From Eledone cirrhosa (Eukaryota): a stretch of 64,000 nt of DNA. The stretch is from contig OZ024743.1 in assembly GCA_964016885.1 (NCBI GenBank), forward strand, positions 357,368,001 to 357,432,000, in the 5' to 3' direction. The notes under the pieces are model-generated. The model had not been told where the DNA came from. It ran no database searches and was given only the letters and a program-made list of their open reading frames with translations. Position numbers and translations under genes: made by a program. Positions 24,768 through 39,104 of this stretch are shown one piece after another. Numbering within the stretch: position 1 is the first letter of the stretch; each line of letters starts with the position of its first letter.

Positions 24768-24990
24768 TAAGGCGCATGGCTGAGTAGTTAGAGAATTGGA
24801 TTCGCAATCGTGAGGTTGTAAGTTCAATTTCCAGACCGGCCGATGCGTTATGTCCTTGAGCAAGACACTTTATTTCACGTTTTTCCTTCTACCTGGAATT
24901 GCGACCGATAGATGGTATTAGTAATTGGAAAGACCAATGGAAACATTGTTTCCTCGTCCGATTTGACGAAAGTCGATCGAATGTCGATAC
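24768..24990 (+). mobile_element. tRNA-derived SINE type 2 (CORE-like) with a distinctive tail
   Basis: tggctgagtagtt A box, gttcaattt B box, tgtccttgagcaagacacttta; the same tail occurs at 41995-42172 (-). Confidence 0.75.
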
Positions 24991-25807
24991 ATAAGCCATA
25001 GAATATGTTAGACTGTGCACAATGTATTACCTTGTCTAAACAGCGTCCTTTAACATTTTAGATTAAATTATTATTTTTCTCAAACCATGTCTCACTAATC
25101 TAATGTCGAATCATTTTTGCAATGTCCTAAAGGTATAATTAAGCTGATAATATCCAACCTTAAATTGATTTTATGTTAATCCGATGTAATCTATGACATT
25201 CTGATTAATGTTAAATGTGACAGCGGTTGCAGACAGAGATAACGGATTTTTCTAGACTATTGTCATTGAATAGTCATATGTTTTGTGAGTGTCAATTGCA
25301 TTTTAGGGAATTAGTTCTACTTGGGTTCTTGTAATTCGTATTATTTATTATTTTTTATTATTACTAATGAATGGTAGTGCTTTTGCTAATGTTCAGTAGC
25401 GTATTTTGAGTGAAGTTGGGTTGAAATATTTTCTATATTGATGGTCAGCAGTGGAATGCGATTTTACAAAAAGGGAAAATACTTTTTCGACGAAAATAAG
25501 CTAAAAGCTTATAGTATTTAGTCTTATGAACATCCGCTGATGAAACTCATTTGCATACAGAGCAAAAGCTGGTGGACTCTAATTAATTGTTCCTGCTTTT
25601 GGCACAAGGCCAGCAATTATTCCAGTGCATTACTGGTACTTTATTTTATCGACCCACTTCGGCGGGGATAGCATGATTGATACATGTCAGACGTTGTATA
25701 TTGAATTCTATACGAAATTTTCATATAAATAAACATTTATATAGCCTTGCTTTGGATTTTAGAAATGGTGAATTTCACTATTGGTCTTTAGCAACCATAT
25801 GTGTGTG

Positions 25808-25942
<135 letters not shown>

Positions 25943-26129
25943 GTATACAGTAGGTATCTTACACGGTCATTTGATTCCGCACTCCACACACCCACTCACC
26001 GCGTTATTCGAAAATCACATATATTCAAGACACTTATATAAAGGTACCTATGTATGTCAACGGTTTGAAGAAGGCAATCGGTTAAGTTGAGAAAACTCAG
26101 GAAAGTAAAGTAAAAGGGAAAGATTTCCC

Positions 26130-26462
26130 TCTCCCCCTTCGGTCACGAATGACCATGGGATTTGCGCCTAGAAAGTTTCCCTCCGAGGCACAAGTCTGTG
26201 CAAGATTGTTTGTGGAAGACCAGCAGTCGCCCATACATACCGCCCCCCCCCCCCTCTCCACACCACTGATGATGTCCAAGGAAAAGGCAATGGCCGATAC
26301 AGCTTGGCACCAGTGACATTGTAACTCATTTCTACAGCTGAGTAAACTGGAACAACGTGAAATAAAGTGTCTTGCTCAAGGCGACAACGCATCACCCGGT
26401 CCGAGAATCGAACTCACAACCTCCCGATTGCAAGCTCCATGCTCTAACCACTAAGCCATGCA
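26130..26462 (-). mobile_element. tRNA-derived SINE type 2, full length
   Basis: Head tggcttagtggttagagc..gagttcgattctcgg, then the CORE-like segment and body. Confidence 0.8.
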
Positions 26463-26708
26463 TAGTAAGTAATGATAGCAATAGTGGTTAAAGTTTTCTC
26501 TCCTATATAAGATGTTACAGTTTCACGAGGAACAAGAAGTTGATAGTTGTAGAGCTTTTCTAATTTCTAAATACATATTTTCTGATCACATAAATTTTAA
26601 ATCGTCTAAGATGCGATCTTTCTATAATGTCTTTGAAAAATATTGTGTTATCTGCAAAAGAATTATCTCAAAGAGGAGGGTCGCATTATATTATATAACG
26701 CGAAATAG

Positions 26709-26930
26709 GGCGGTGGATTGGCAGTATCAGTAGAGTATTAGACACCATGCTTTGCAGCATAGAGTTATGGCCCTTTACATCCAGAGTTCAAATCCCACCG
26801 AGGTTAGCTTTGCCTGTCATCCTTACGGGGTTGATAAAATAAAGCATCAGATATGCACAGGGGGTTGATTTAATTGACTTTCCCATTACCTTCAAATTAC
26901 TGGCCTTGTGCCTAAAGTAGAAACAATTAT
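26709..26930 (+). mobile_element. SINE type 1
   Basis: Homologous to 21386-21570. Confidence 0.85.
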
Positions 26931-28035
26931 ATAACACGAAATGTACAAAATAGATGTAATGGCCTGTGTATGGATCAATTATAACCAACTGACTTAGATT
27001 TAAACAACAACACACGTGATATCATACACGCACATGCGCACACTCCCACGTCAGAAGTTTCCAAATGGTCATTCGGAACACTTTAGTTTGTCATCGATAA
27101 TCTTTACGGATGTCAGTGGACACAGCATGGCCGAATGGTTAAAGAGTTCGCTTCACAATTGTTGAGTTTTGGGCTCGATCCCGCCGCATTCACAGTAACA
27201 TTGTTCCAGTACTCTTGGTTTCCAAATAATAGGGGGGTTGGAATAAGCGGGGTGGTGGTGGAAAATCGGTAATTTTTCTATGTTGTCTCCGTTGATTTAA
27301 AAAACAAACAGATTTAGTCGTTTAGCTTACATATTGAGACCCCAACCCATCCTATTTATTTTATAACGTATGGGATTTCTAGTAATGTACCTTTTTGCCA
27401 TGTATAATGGTTTTTTTTTAATGTATAAAGAAAATTAATGTGGTTGGGGGCTGGAATAATCTGAAAAATTAATAAGTGTGTGGGGGGGGGGGCGATTATT
27501 CCAGGCTTGAGAGTACACTTTAAGTGTGAAAGTTGTATTTTGTTGTATCTGTTTAAACTAATATTCAGTCCCGTGGAGGATGATTGCTAAGCAAACTTCT
27601 GAGCTATACAGATATGCTTATTTATCTTCGTTCACAAAACTTAATTAGTGTGTCACGAACAATTGAAATGTGAAAGGTTTAAAAAGCTATTCCTCACACG
27701 GTAATGACACTTAAGTAAAGACAAAAATAATTCCCCTGATATGGCACTATATTTACTGTATTCTGGAAGTCCACTCACGACACATGGGTATAAACCATCG
27801 TTTCGCTCTATTTTGTATTTAAAAAAAGAAGGTTAAAGTCTGCCCAAAGCTCGGAGACTAATTAGGCGTTAAGCGACTGAGAATGCAAGACTTCCTGTTG
27901 GACAGGATGCCAGTCCACTGCAGAATTAACTTCCAGCTGCTGGTACTGATTTTTGCTGAATGGACTGGAGTAATGTGAAATGAAGTGTTTTACTCAAGAA
28001 CACAATGTGCCACCAGCTTCAGGAATCGGACCCAT

Positions 28036-28220
28036 AATAATTGTTTCTACTTTTGGTACAAGACCAGCAATTACACCAGTGCGTTACTGGTACTTTATTT
28101 TATCGATCCCGTAAGGATGAAAAGCAAAATTAACCTCGGCTGGATTTTAACTCAGAACGCAAAGGGTCATAACTCTATGCTGTAAAGCATAATGTCTGAC
28201 GCTCTACCGATACTGCCAGG
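28036..28220 (-). mobile_element. SINE type 1
   Basis: Reverse-complement homology to 21386-21570. Confidence 0.8.
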
Positions 28221-28440
28221 ACCCATAATAATACGATTAAAAGTCCCACACCTTAACCACTAGGCTGCATTTTCACTAATATATATATACTGAGGTTGAA
28301 ATACAACGGAAATTCTACCTAACGTCTCCCGTAACACAGAGAGGCGGAACTGACTGGAATGTCTCGTGCTGTGGGTATCACAGACTGTTCTTCGTGAGGT
28401 GTAACTGAGTGAGACACACCATCCAGCCAAGGCTGTACAG

Positions 28441-28796
28441 TAGAGGTTCTCAAACCTTTTGGGCTACCGCCCCACTCAAGGCCACGTAATACCCTCAGAG
28501 CCCCTAACCCTATTTCCAGGGAGACCTGTCTACACGCAAATTTTAAATAATATATAATAAATAAAATCGTTAATTTACATATAATAAATAATATAATATA
28601 TACTATGTATAAATAAATATCATATATTTTTTATTTTACTATATTTATATATAATATGTATAATTTGATATTTAATATACTAATATATCATATATTTACA
28701 ATACTATAATAGTAATTTAAATAAATTCTGGACCATCTCAAGCCCCCCACCCCCGTGGGGGGGGGGGGGGGGGGCTTGAGATGGTGAGAACCTCTG
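28441..28796. mobile_element. hAT/Charlie-like MITE
   Basis: TIRs YAGAGGTTCTCA / TGAGAACCTCTG; imperfect 8-bp TSD ctgtacag/gtgtagag; a related 5' end at 41538 follows gtctagca. Confidence 0.7.
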
Positions 28797-29007
28797 GTGT
28801 AGAGTTCACTCCTACATTACTCCGCCATTTTTTCTGTTTTCTTTCTTTTTGTAATGATATTATAAAGTAAACGTATTTAAAATTTTACACTAAATTAGCA
28901 TTTTTTAATGAGTTAAACATCATTAAGCTTTTAAATTTCATAATCATTATTCATAACGTTTGTATGGGAAGTCACTGGCGATTTTTCCTAACTAAAGTAC
29001 ATTAATA

Positions 29008-29160
29008 GGCAGTATCGGTAGAGGGTCAGACCCCATGCTTTCTAGCATAGTTATGTCCCTTTATGATCTGAGTTCAAAACCCTTACGGGGTCGATAAAAT
29101 AAAGTACCAGTAATGCACTGGGTAATTGCTGTCCTTGTGCCTAAAGTAGAAACAATTATT
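29008..29160 (+). mobile_element. SINE type 1, internally deleted
   Basis: Homologous head and tail. Confidence 0.8.
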
Positions 29161-29168
29161 ATATGCTT

Positions 29169-29200
<32 letters not shown>

Positions 29201-29203
<3 letters not shown>

Positions 29204-29383
29204 AACGAGTAGGACCCCGAAAGGCTGAGCTCAAACCGTTTCGACGGCTAATTCTGGACGGCTAATCCGTCGAAACGGCTTGAGCTCAGCCGTCGGGGTC
29301 CTACTCGTTCCTATTACCCACTCTACACTCTAGTACTTTGGTGTGTTATGGTCCACCTGGTTCCTTACCACATTTCCTTCGTT
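29201..29383. mobile_element. Half-hammerhead short element, folded back
   Basis: Same family as 18716; palindrome centred near 29258; flanked by (TA)n. Confidence 0.8.
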
Positions 29384-29488
29384 ATATATATATATATTGT
29401 TATACTTGGGGAGGGTCATATTTGTGTAATATTGCCAGAATTAATAACGAAACATAAGTCAATTGCACGAACTCATAATCCTTTATTT

Positions 29489-29546
29489 ACTGCTATATAT
29501 ATATTTCGATGATAGCCATTGAATGGCTATGACCTCATCAGGCAGT
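29489..29546 (-). ncRNA. Type I hammerhead ribozyme
   Basis: ACUGC-CUGAUGA-G..AUAGCCAU/AUGGCUAU..C-GAAAU-AUAUAU-AUA/GCAGU, followed by AAUAAA. Confidence 0.85.
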
Positions 29547-29735
29547 TAGTCAGTTCTTAGATATGCCATCTCGCTGTTTATGGTGTTGATGGTATCAGAG
29601 CCTACATATATATATATGTATGTATATATATATATATGTATGTCTGTTTATATATATATGTATGTATATATATATGTGTGTGTGTGCGTGTGTGTGTCTG
29701 TGTCTGTGTGTATGCGTGTGTGTGTGTTTGTATGT

Positions 29736-29820
<85 letters not shown>

Positions 29821-30839
29821 CGTGTGTGTGATTTATAACAAAACTGCAGACATCCAATCAATTAGACGTTTAATCAAACTGTCAGCGGTGAATTTCACAT
29901 TTGCCATTCTCTGTCACTCTCCGCCCTCTCTCATATTTCTCCCACACTGTATGTCTTTGTCTTCTCCCGTCTCTCTCTCTCTCGCGCTCTCTCTTCCTCT
30001 CACACTCACAAACGCATATACGGTGTAGTCTTGTCTAAAGCAGACTTGAAAGCGACGCCAGTAACGTGGTCGGCGTCCATGACGTTTTTGTTGTTATTGT
30101 TTAGCCCTAGGTCAGGCTAGATCAAGCAGGTCTATATCACGCAGGTAGTCAGATGATGAGGCGAGATTCACACATCCATCTTCCCAGTTGTCCCATATTT
30201 CCGCCTTAGTTGAAGGCCATAGTGCAACTGTGATAAATCTGACATGTGATAAATCATATAGGATATAGTATGGCACACGCGTAGCTCATGGTCGTATCCA
30301 GAGCGGAGGAGACAAGGTAGACTCGGTCACAGTGTGACAGATACTGTTCCTCTATATTTGTGTGGTATTGTACGTCTGGTTATCGTGTTTGAGAGCCAGT
30401 GAGTCTACCGCAGCAATTTCTGTGTATGTCTTCCTTATGCTTGTCTTTGCACGCAATACGACTTAATGCCTAAGAAGTTTGCTTTACAATCATTAGGTCC
30501 CAGATTCGATCCCACTGCGTGACAACGTGGTCACGTGTCGTTTACCACAAACTCTGGTCGACCAAAGCCTTGTGAGTGTAATTGGGCAGACAGTAACTGT
30601 GTGGAAGATCGTTAGATGGACCGAACCTGAATTCAAAATGCCAGTCATGTCATGCACACCGTGTCACGCTGAATCTCCTTGAAAAGGACGTTAGCGATAC
30701 ACGTATCTATAGAATGCACAGCCACTTACATGTTAAATTAATGAGCAGGCCGTTCCGTAAATCAAACAACGACAATGCTCATCGTCGAAACCGACGGAAG
30801 TCTGTTCCGTACTTGCCCGGTTATTTGGAGATGGTTTTT

Positions 30840-31680
30840 AATGTAATAACTGATAGTGTGACGTTCGAGCTTGTAGCTATACACTGGGCTTCTTGTCCAA
30901 TGGTTTTGAATTTTTAGTATGTTTGTTTTAGTTTTCTATGGTCGCTCCGTAATTCAAACAACGGTAACGTTCATCGTCGAAACCGACGGATGTCCGTTCC
31001 GTACTATTTCGGGTATTTGGATATGGTTTTAAATATAATAACTGATAGCGTGGCTTTGGAGCCTGTGGCTATAAACTGGGCTCATTGTCCAATGATTTAA
31101 AATTTTAAGTATATTTCTTTTAGTATATAGGTTAGAATGTGGATGTGGTCGATGTGCAGCCTGCTAAGGTATGAAATACTCTGAGTTCTTTTATGTTTAT
31201 TATGGAAATATTGGAAGCACAGACAGGACTGGTATAGCCCCTGTTACATTTAATGTATTGTTTATACATTATCGTTGTTGTTTATATCTGTAGGCCAAAT
31301 CTGGTACCTACAAATGTTTAAACTATGGTTTTGTGTGGCTTTTCTTTCATTGTTACGTCTTCTATGTACAAGACTCTTGCTATTTCTATCCTCTCTCTCT
31401 TTCTCTCCCCCTCTCTTTCTCTGTAGTATATTTATGTTTTTGAGTGTGAGAGTTCTTGATAGTTGATGTATTGCTGTCAAGAAGGAGACTGTGGATTTGA
31501 TACTCGCAGATGCTACTTTAGGTCAGTTATTGTGGAGCCAGGTCTCCCGGGGATTTAAATATGTATGGGAATAGTTATGTGGCAGTGTCTGAAGAATGGT
31601 AGAAAAATGTGAGTTTGATGTCGTCTGCAAATGAGAGTCTGTACGTTTGAATTATGAACCTAAGGTACTCAATTCGAGAA
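30840..31680 (-). pseudogene. Highly decayed LINE RT fragment; its end is tandemly duplicated with a SINE tail (~193 bp, 30762/30955)
   Basis: Minus strand LSFADDIK near 31620-31640; direct duplication visible. Confidence 0.45.
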
Positions 31681-32275
31681 TAGCCAGTCAGAAGCACTTT
31701 GCAAAAAACACCAACAAGCAACCTACCTTTCAGACCGCTTAGCTAATGTAGTACACAAGACCAAATACTTCAGAAACATGTACTTGCACATACACAAGCC
31801 AAAGAGTGAGCCATTACATGATCGCTGAACCTGCTTGAAATAGCAACCATGTCTCCCTCAAAGCATAAATCCTACTGTCTTGAAGGATAATGTAGTCCAA
31901 GATAACTTTTATATGAAAAAATAAATGATAAGTCTTGGATGGAAATTCTTTGACCACAGGCCTGCTCGTTCGAAGAGCTGGCCATTTTAACCATTTAGTC
32001 AGGGAAGGTAGAGCGCCTATGATTCCTTTCATGGACTGCGAAACATGTGAGAGTGAGGGAGGAAGTTATCCTCAAACCCGAGACTGGGTCTGAATGCTTG
32101 TAACAGAGCTGTCTCCACTAAAGTCATCCTGAACATAAACAACAACAAGGGCTACAATAACAATATAAAAACAAACTTAACTACCGAATTATTACGTTAT
32201 ATAGATGTTTTTCATGTTATATACATGCATACTCATATAAAATCGCATAAAGATATAAAAAAAACATTCGTTCAC

Positions 32276-32323
<48 letters not shown>

Positions 32324-33010
32324 TTACACATACATGCACACATATTTGCATATATGCACATATACGTTAGTAAAAAAATGCACATGCCGATGGTCTCATT
32401 AATAAAATGTCAATTAGATTTAGTGTCACATTACACAAGTAAAACGACTTTTAGATTCACAACAGCAGCTCTATATTAAATCTAGCATCCTCTTTTTCTT
32501 TTCCTTTTTCTTTTTCTTTTTCTTTTTCTTCTTCTTATTATTATTACAATTATACAATTATAGTTGTTATTTTTGTTATTGTTATCGTTATTATCATCAT
32601 TATAATTTAAACTTAACTACATACATAAAGTTATGTAACATTATATATATATATATATATACATACACACATATATATATATATGCATATATATATGTTA
32701 TATACACAATTTATATACATAAATATTTTTCTATTTTTATTCATACACGACGTGTCAGACTGACACTAGGTAAAGGGGCGTAATTGAGAAACTCCAATAC
32801 AATATATATCTCTTTATTTGTTTATTGCTTGTTTTTGCAGTTTTTTTTAAATTTATTTATGTGTTTGCTTGTTGGCTTTTGAGTGTTTTTATATTCTTTA
32901 TCGATTCTTAAATCTTAAAAAAATAATTAAAATTTGACTGCCCTGGAAAGTCCATTATGGAGTTGTTTAACAATTTTGATATCTAGTTTTTTATAATATA
33001 TATATACATA

Positions 33011-33051
<41 letters not shown>

Positions 33052-33110
33052 ATATGTATGTGTGTGTGTTTATATATTTATACATATATATATATATACA
33101 TATATATATG

Positions 33111-33142
<32 letters not shown>

Positions 33143-33176
33143 AATATTTACATATACACCAATTAAACAAAGTCAC

Positions 33177-33264
<88 letters not shown>

Positions 33265-33277
33265 TTGTGTGTGTATG

Positions 33278-33342
<65 letters not shown>

Positions 33343-33421
33343 GTGTGTGTGTGTGTATATATGTGTGTGTGTATATATATATATGTATATGTATATATGT
33401 ATATATATATACATATATACA

Positions 33422-33458
<37 letters not shown>

Positions 33459-33649
33459 CATATATATATATATATATATTATACATACATATATATATTA
33501 TATATATATATAATATACATATATACACACACATATATATATATATTATACATATATATAAATATATATAATATATATATATAATATACATATATACACA
33601 CACACATATATATATATATATATATTATATGTATATATATATTTCTCTC

Positions 33650-34000
33650 CTTAAAAACAACGCTAGATTACAAATCCATAGAATGAAGTAAACATTAATA
33701 AACAACGGATATTCGAGCAGATTGGTAGACCAGCCCAGATATTAATTCAGACGTATTAAAAATACACAAACTACACAAAGTATAAAATATGAATCAAATG
33801 CATACAAACAACAGGTCAGATGAACCCATAATCAAGCCCCTACCCCCATAAAATGTTATACAAAATGCATCACACTAAACTATAAATTAGCCGTAATAAC
33901 AAACCTCCGTCCAACTAAGAAACAAGAAGAATGCAAAAGCCAGACCAAACTTCAAACGGCCAACGTGATTTACGAATTCGACTACAAAAATTGCAATCTT
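33650..34000 (+). pseudogene. Penelope-like element fragment (post-RT linker to GIY-YIG start)
   Basis: LINNGYSSRLVD at 33695 and ANVIYEFDYKNCNLC near 33960. Confidence 0.55.
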
Positions 34001-34399
34001 TGTGTTACCATCCCACGCATCCCTTACCTGTGGTCATGAATCTTGGGTAATCACTGAAAGAAAACGGTCTGGTTATCACTAACACACTGCTTACTGATGC
34101 AGAACACCCCATGTCCCTGATACTCACATTGCAAGACATTGGCAAGTCTCCTGCTTTCAAGTTCTCTGTGTGTTATGTATACTTGCTGTCTAACTTCTCT
34201 TTTAGCTACATGATGTCGATTTTACTTCTAACTAACTGACTTTGAACTACTAGTTAGCTTGCAGGCCAGCCAAAACCGAATGGGTCATCCATTGTAATTA
34301 CTAATTACTATGCCAACTCTGTATAAAAACATGCATTAAGTACTATTCACTCTTCTAAGTCTTTATACCATGAACGTGTCTGACACACCTACAGACACA

Positions 34400-34452
<53 letters not shown>

Positions 34453-34520
34453 GAACTATTATATCATAAACTCACAGGAGAGTATAGAACGATATATTAT
34501 ATTACGTGCCATATGCCATC

Positions 34521-34575
<55 letters not shown>

Positions 34576-34616
34576 AACCTTAAACACTATCTCGTTTACT
34601 CTGATATATGTATGTA

Positions 34617-34656
<40 letters not shown>

Positions 34657-34739
34657 ATAATAATAAAATTGAAGACTAAAATCCAAAGAGGGCTCGATAA
34701 GGAAAATATATATCAAATATATAAGAACCGTAGAGCAAA

Positions 34740-34871
34740 TATTTATTAAAATAACAGATTAAAGTTTAAGCAAAGAATCGCTGCTTTCACCCTTAACGGG
34801 ATCTTAAGATCCCGTTAAGGGTGAAAGCAGCGATTCTTTGCTTAAACTTTAATCTGTTATTTTAATAAATA
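34740..34871. repeat. Near-perfect fold-back centred in the core of a hammerhead of the 49375 family
   Basis: ~65 bp arms around gatcttaagatc; each arm reads AAGA-T-CCC-GTTAA-GGG-T-GAAAGCAG..TTGCTT-AAACT. Confidence 0.85.
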
Positions 34872-34887
34872 TATATATATATATAAT

Positions 34888-34976
<89 letters not shown>

Positions 34977-35282
34977 TACATATATCAGAGTAAACGAGAT
35001 ACCGTTTAAGGTTATCCAAGGAAAGACTACGAGTAATCTGTACCGTGGAGGATTTTAACGTGCGGCGTTGGTTCACTCAACAAGATGTTTACTTAGTTGT
35101 GTTGTTCGGAGGGCCGATTTCGGACTGTTCCAATGTTAGTAGTTCACATCTAGTATCATTTATTTTATTTTATTTTATAACATACTTTGCATATCTCATT
35201 CTCTATTCTTCACTTTTAATATCATATTACTTTATCTTGAATTTTTCACATCTCATATCATTTCCTACAACAAGTTTAAAAC

Positions 35283-35900
35283 ATGCTTACCCCCTTTAGC
35301 AACTGTGCAACACACCCGCTGTAATTTATGAAGCTGTAGCCACTTCCAACTGACTAAATCAACAACAAGAGGTCAAATCCTATGTAAGTAGGTGAAGGGC
35401 CGGTTTTAAGAGCGCTTCCTAAATCATCTTTTGACGTTTAAACACTCGGAGAAACGATCGTCCACGAAGCTCGCAAGCCACATCTGGACCCTCAATGACG
35501 CAGGCGTGGATTATTCCATCCAATGGAAAGTTATAACCATGTCTAGACCATACGGAAATGGGAATTCGTCTTACATTGAAGAAAGAATCAATATCTTGAA
35601 GAGATTACGTAATAGCGCTTGTCTAAATACGTGATTTGAATTCTACTTACGCTGTCCTCACGTGGCGAAACATCTATTACGTAATTTTAAAGCTTCCGAC
35701 TAGCTTTCTGATATGACACCCCTTGACTTGGTATCCTGAATAACCTATTGTATTCTGATCTTGCTCAGTCACCTCACCTTGAATAGACTTAACGTGAGTT
35801 GCTCCTCTTTGAGAATATTTTTTGCGCATGTTTATTTGCGACATGGTCTTCCTTAAACCGAGCTGATGATCCGTTGAGGTAAAACAAATTGTTCTCGGAA
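35283..35900 (+). mobile_element. Penelope-like element 3' fragment: GIY-YIG remnant and downstream hammerhead
   Basis: CNTPAVIYEAV...TFKHSEKRSSTKLASHIWTLND..YSIQWKVI..PY is typical of PLE endonucleases. Confidence 0.75.
35858..35898 (+). ncRNA. Minimal hammerhead with G12 mutated to A
   Basis: CCGAG-CUGAUGA-U-CC-GUUGA-GG-U-AAAAC-AAAUU-GUU/CUCGG. Confidence 0.75.
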
Positions 35901-36229
35901 ATGGTGCATTAACTGTTGTGGAACTACTTCTACCAAACTTGTCACATGGACTGAGTGCTCTACTACTGCGGATATAACCCACCAATATTCTGAAACTATA
36001 TATATATATATATATATATATTCTTCTTCGCCCACTTATTCCTGAGAGGGTCGTAGCGAATACATGCGGCCGAAATGGCGTTGCGCCAAAAGGTTTTTGG
36101 AGTAGCGTAGATCAGAGATCAGAGATTGGGTGCGTAGATCAGAGATCGGAGAGTCACTCCAAGTAGAGCCATTATTTCACCGAATTGAAAGATCATAGCT
36201 CCGATATTATGGGCTTGTGGTTAGAATGT

Positions 36230-36445
36230 CTCAGGAAAGTATCGTTGGACATATTTTATGGGCAGGAGACCCAAGCGTAGGACCCCCCCCCCCCAGCAAG
36301 AAGGTTGGCTTACATCCATGAGTTCGGCTAGCCCCGCTAGTCTCGCTTGGGGATCTAGTCTGTTCATTTGGAGACGGGTGCTTCTGACAGGATTCACTGA
36401 AAGAAGAAGCAGAAGAAGAAGAAGAAGAAGAAGAAGAAGAAGAAG
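36230..36445 (+). mobile_element. RTE-like LINE 3' fragment followed by (GAA)n
   Basis: Shares atccatgag..ttggagacggKtgcttctgacagg with 43960-44240. Confidence 0.5.
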
Positions 36446-36976
36446 ACAAAATATATTATATTGAGATTATACCGTTATAACATATCGACAGAGTGTAGTA
36501 TTAATCAACAGACCTCTGTGTTATGGGACCAGCATACTTCCACTACATCACTCTCTTAACTGTTTTCTGGCTGGTAAATTTCAGCATATATTTTCTGTTT
36601 TATTGTTGCCTGCTTTCCTTTCTTTTTATTCCTCCTCCAATTCATTGACAAATATTCTGTCTTAATCAAGCTGATCCACGATCCAAAGTATTCCATATGT
36701 GATCATCCCTACATCTAGGTTTAGTTGCAAACGTCATGAAAGTAATTGTTACATTTACCATGTAAGTACGACACTCTGTCGAAGGTTCAAAATGCAGGCA
36801 GCAATTGCAACACACTACACCATAAATCACAAAACAGTTAGTTAGAAGAACATCATTCAATCCTGAACAAGAATAGGGAGAATAATCAGGAACGCAGTAT
36901 ATACATATATATATGTATATATGTGTGCGTATATATATATGAGTATATATATATATATGTATAAATATATATAGTG

Positions 36977-37376
36977 AAGGCGCATTGCTTAGTGGTTAGA
37001 GCAGTAGGATTGCAATCGAAAGATTGTGAGTTCAATTCTCGGACTGGGTTATGTGTTGTTTCCTTGAGCAAGACACTTTATTTCACGTTGCTCCAGTTTA
37101 CTCAGCTGAAAAAAATGAGTACCAGCAATAGCTGGAGGTTTAACCCTGCGATGGACTGGCGTCCTGTCCAGGGGGGAGTCTTGTACTCTCAGTCGCTTCA
37201 CGCCATGAAACCGGGATAAGCACTGGCAAATGAGCCTTCTGGCTTAGGACACACTTTAGACTTACGGCCTGCCCGCCCAGCCAGTGGGATGGCGTCATCA
37301 TATGGCTAAAACAGCACGTGCTGTGACCAGCGGCGCCGAATGGCGCCCGACAGACTGGTCTGTCAAGGTGATCAAG

Positions 37377-37380
<4 letters not shown>
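36977..37380 (+). mobile_element. SINE type 2, full length
   Basis: tRNA-like head, tccttgagcaagacactttatttcacgttgctccagtttactcagctg, then tail. Confidence 0.8.
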
Positions 37381-37427
<47 letters not shown>

Positions 37428-37483
37428 ATATAAGTAAAAGAGTGAAGAATAACGTGGTCAGCTGTACAATAGGGTTTATTTAA

Positions 37484-37594
37484 AGTATTAACAATTGTTT
37501 CATTAGTTCGGTGAATCTAAAAACCGCTGATCTCTAGAAGTCACGTCACTCGATTTTAATTACAGTCGATATCCGACCAAATCCTCAGAATACT
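37484..37594 (-). ncRNA. Type I hammerhead with ~80 nt extended stem II
   Basis: AGUAUU-CUGAGGA-uuuggucgg...ccgaacuaau-GAAAC-AAUU-GUU/AAUACU, then AAUAAA. Confidence 0.75.
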
Positions 37595-37759
37595 GATTAC
37601 TATTATTACTCCAAGAACCGCCAGCCTACTAACTTTCTTAAACCGGCCACCCGACTAAGGAAACTTCTTGTTGAGTCAAACAACGCCGAACATTAAAACT
37701 ATCCTCGATACAGAGTACTCATAATCTCTAGCTGGATTACCTTAAACGACATCTTGTTA

Positions 37760-37817
<58 letters not shown>

Positions 37818-38458
37818 TCCGCTTCCTCCAAGCGTGAACCTAATATAACTGTGTAATTTTGCTTTTTGTGTTTTGTTTTGTTTTATTTATTAACTATATA
37901 TATATATTTAAAATTTTAGCTCCGACATAGCTGTATACATACCAGTATGTGAATTTCGTATATCTAATGATATACTGTATGTTTAATGAATAAACAATAA
38001 GTCGAGATTAAAGTTATGCACTTGACCTCGTCATATCGCAATCTGACTTGCGGTTTCGCACGAATTAATTGAGGGTACTGCAAATTTTGTATGCCAGCTC
38101 GTGTAACAAAAAAATAAATAAACGTTTCTGCTGGTATGATGCGTGTGCAAGACAACAAAACAAACAGAAAATACAGACAAATCAGAGAATTAACGAAAGC
38201 GTGCACGACGAGCAACGTGCCGTTAGCTAAAAGGAAAGGTATGGACCTACGGCGGAAGTGGCTGCAAGTTGACGTGACAGCAGGAGCAGAAAGAACGAGT
38301 AGGGACAAGAGAAGAGTGCGGGAGAGAGAAAGAAAGAAAAAAAGGAAAACGAACGAAGGAATGTAGTAACCCCCAGGTCATAGTGATTGTCCAAATTGGA
38401 AAGCTAATATAATCATAGCCATGATAAAGGTAAATAAACATTGTGGCCCCGAAAATCC

Positions 38459-38593
<135 letters not shown>

Positions 38594-39104
38594 TCTGTGT
38601 GTGTGTGTGTGTGTGTGTACGTGTGTGTACGTGTTTACATTTGTATTTATGTCTGTTAATGTTCTACAAAAAGAGAACGATAAACCAGAAGAAAATAAGC
38701 AGTGGGGTCGATATGATCGATATCATAGTGGAGACCATGCATAGCTGTATTAAGTATACGTCATGTGCTTATGACGTGTATATGCTGTTCCTGTGGTTGG
38801 CATTGCACTAGATATCGATCTTGGCGCCTAATTGCGATATAAGTCTAACGGTCAAACTTTAAGAAAAGCATAGAATGCTAGCGAAGTAAGAAGAACTGCA
38901 TAAAACCTCATAAAATACACATGCCTACAATAAAACGCAGTAAAAATATGCTAACGACACTCCAGATGGTGAAACTGGAAACTCTAGAAGGATTGATTAA
39001 ATTATGGACTTAAGAACTTTGTTGTTGCAAACTAATTGTAGAGTCCTTATATAGAAAATAGGAAAATGTTCTAAAAAAGAAATTGAAACTCGAAAATAGT
39101 CATA

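Noticed and set aside
24768-24840. tRNA genes (also at 26390-26462, 27120-27190, 36977-37050)
   Set aside because: No complete cloverleaf; most continue into SINE bodies.
25533-25580. CTGATGA-aactc..gag-CAAAAG hammerhead-like motif
   Set aside because: GAAA and the UH site are missing; too degenerate to call.
27210-27516. Possible MITE with GTACTCT/AGAGTAC ends
   Set aside because: The inverted match is short and there is no second copy in the window.
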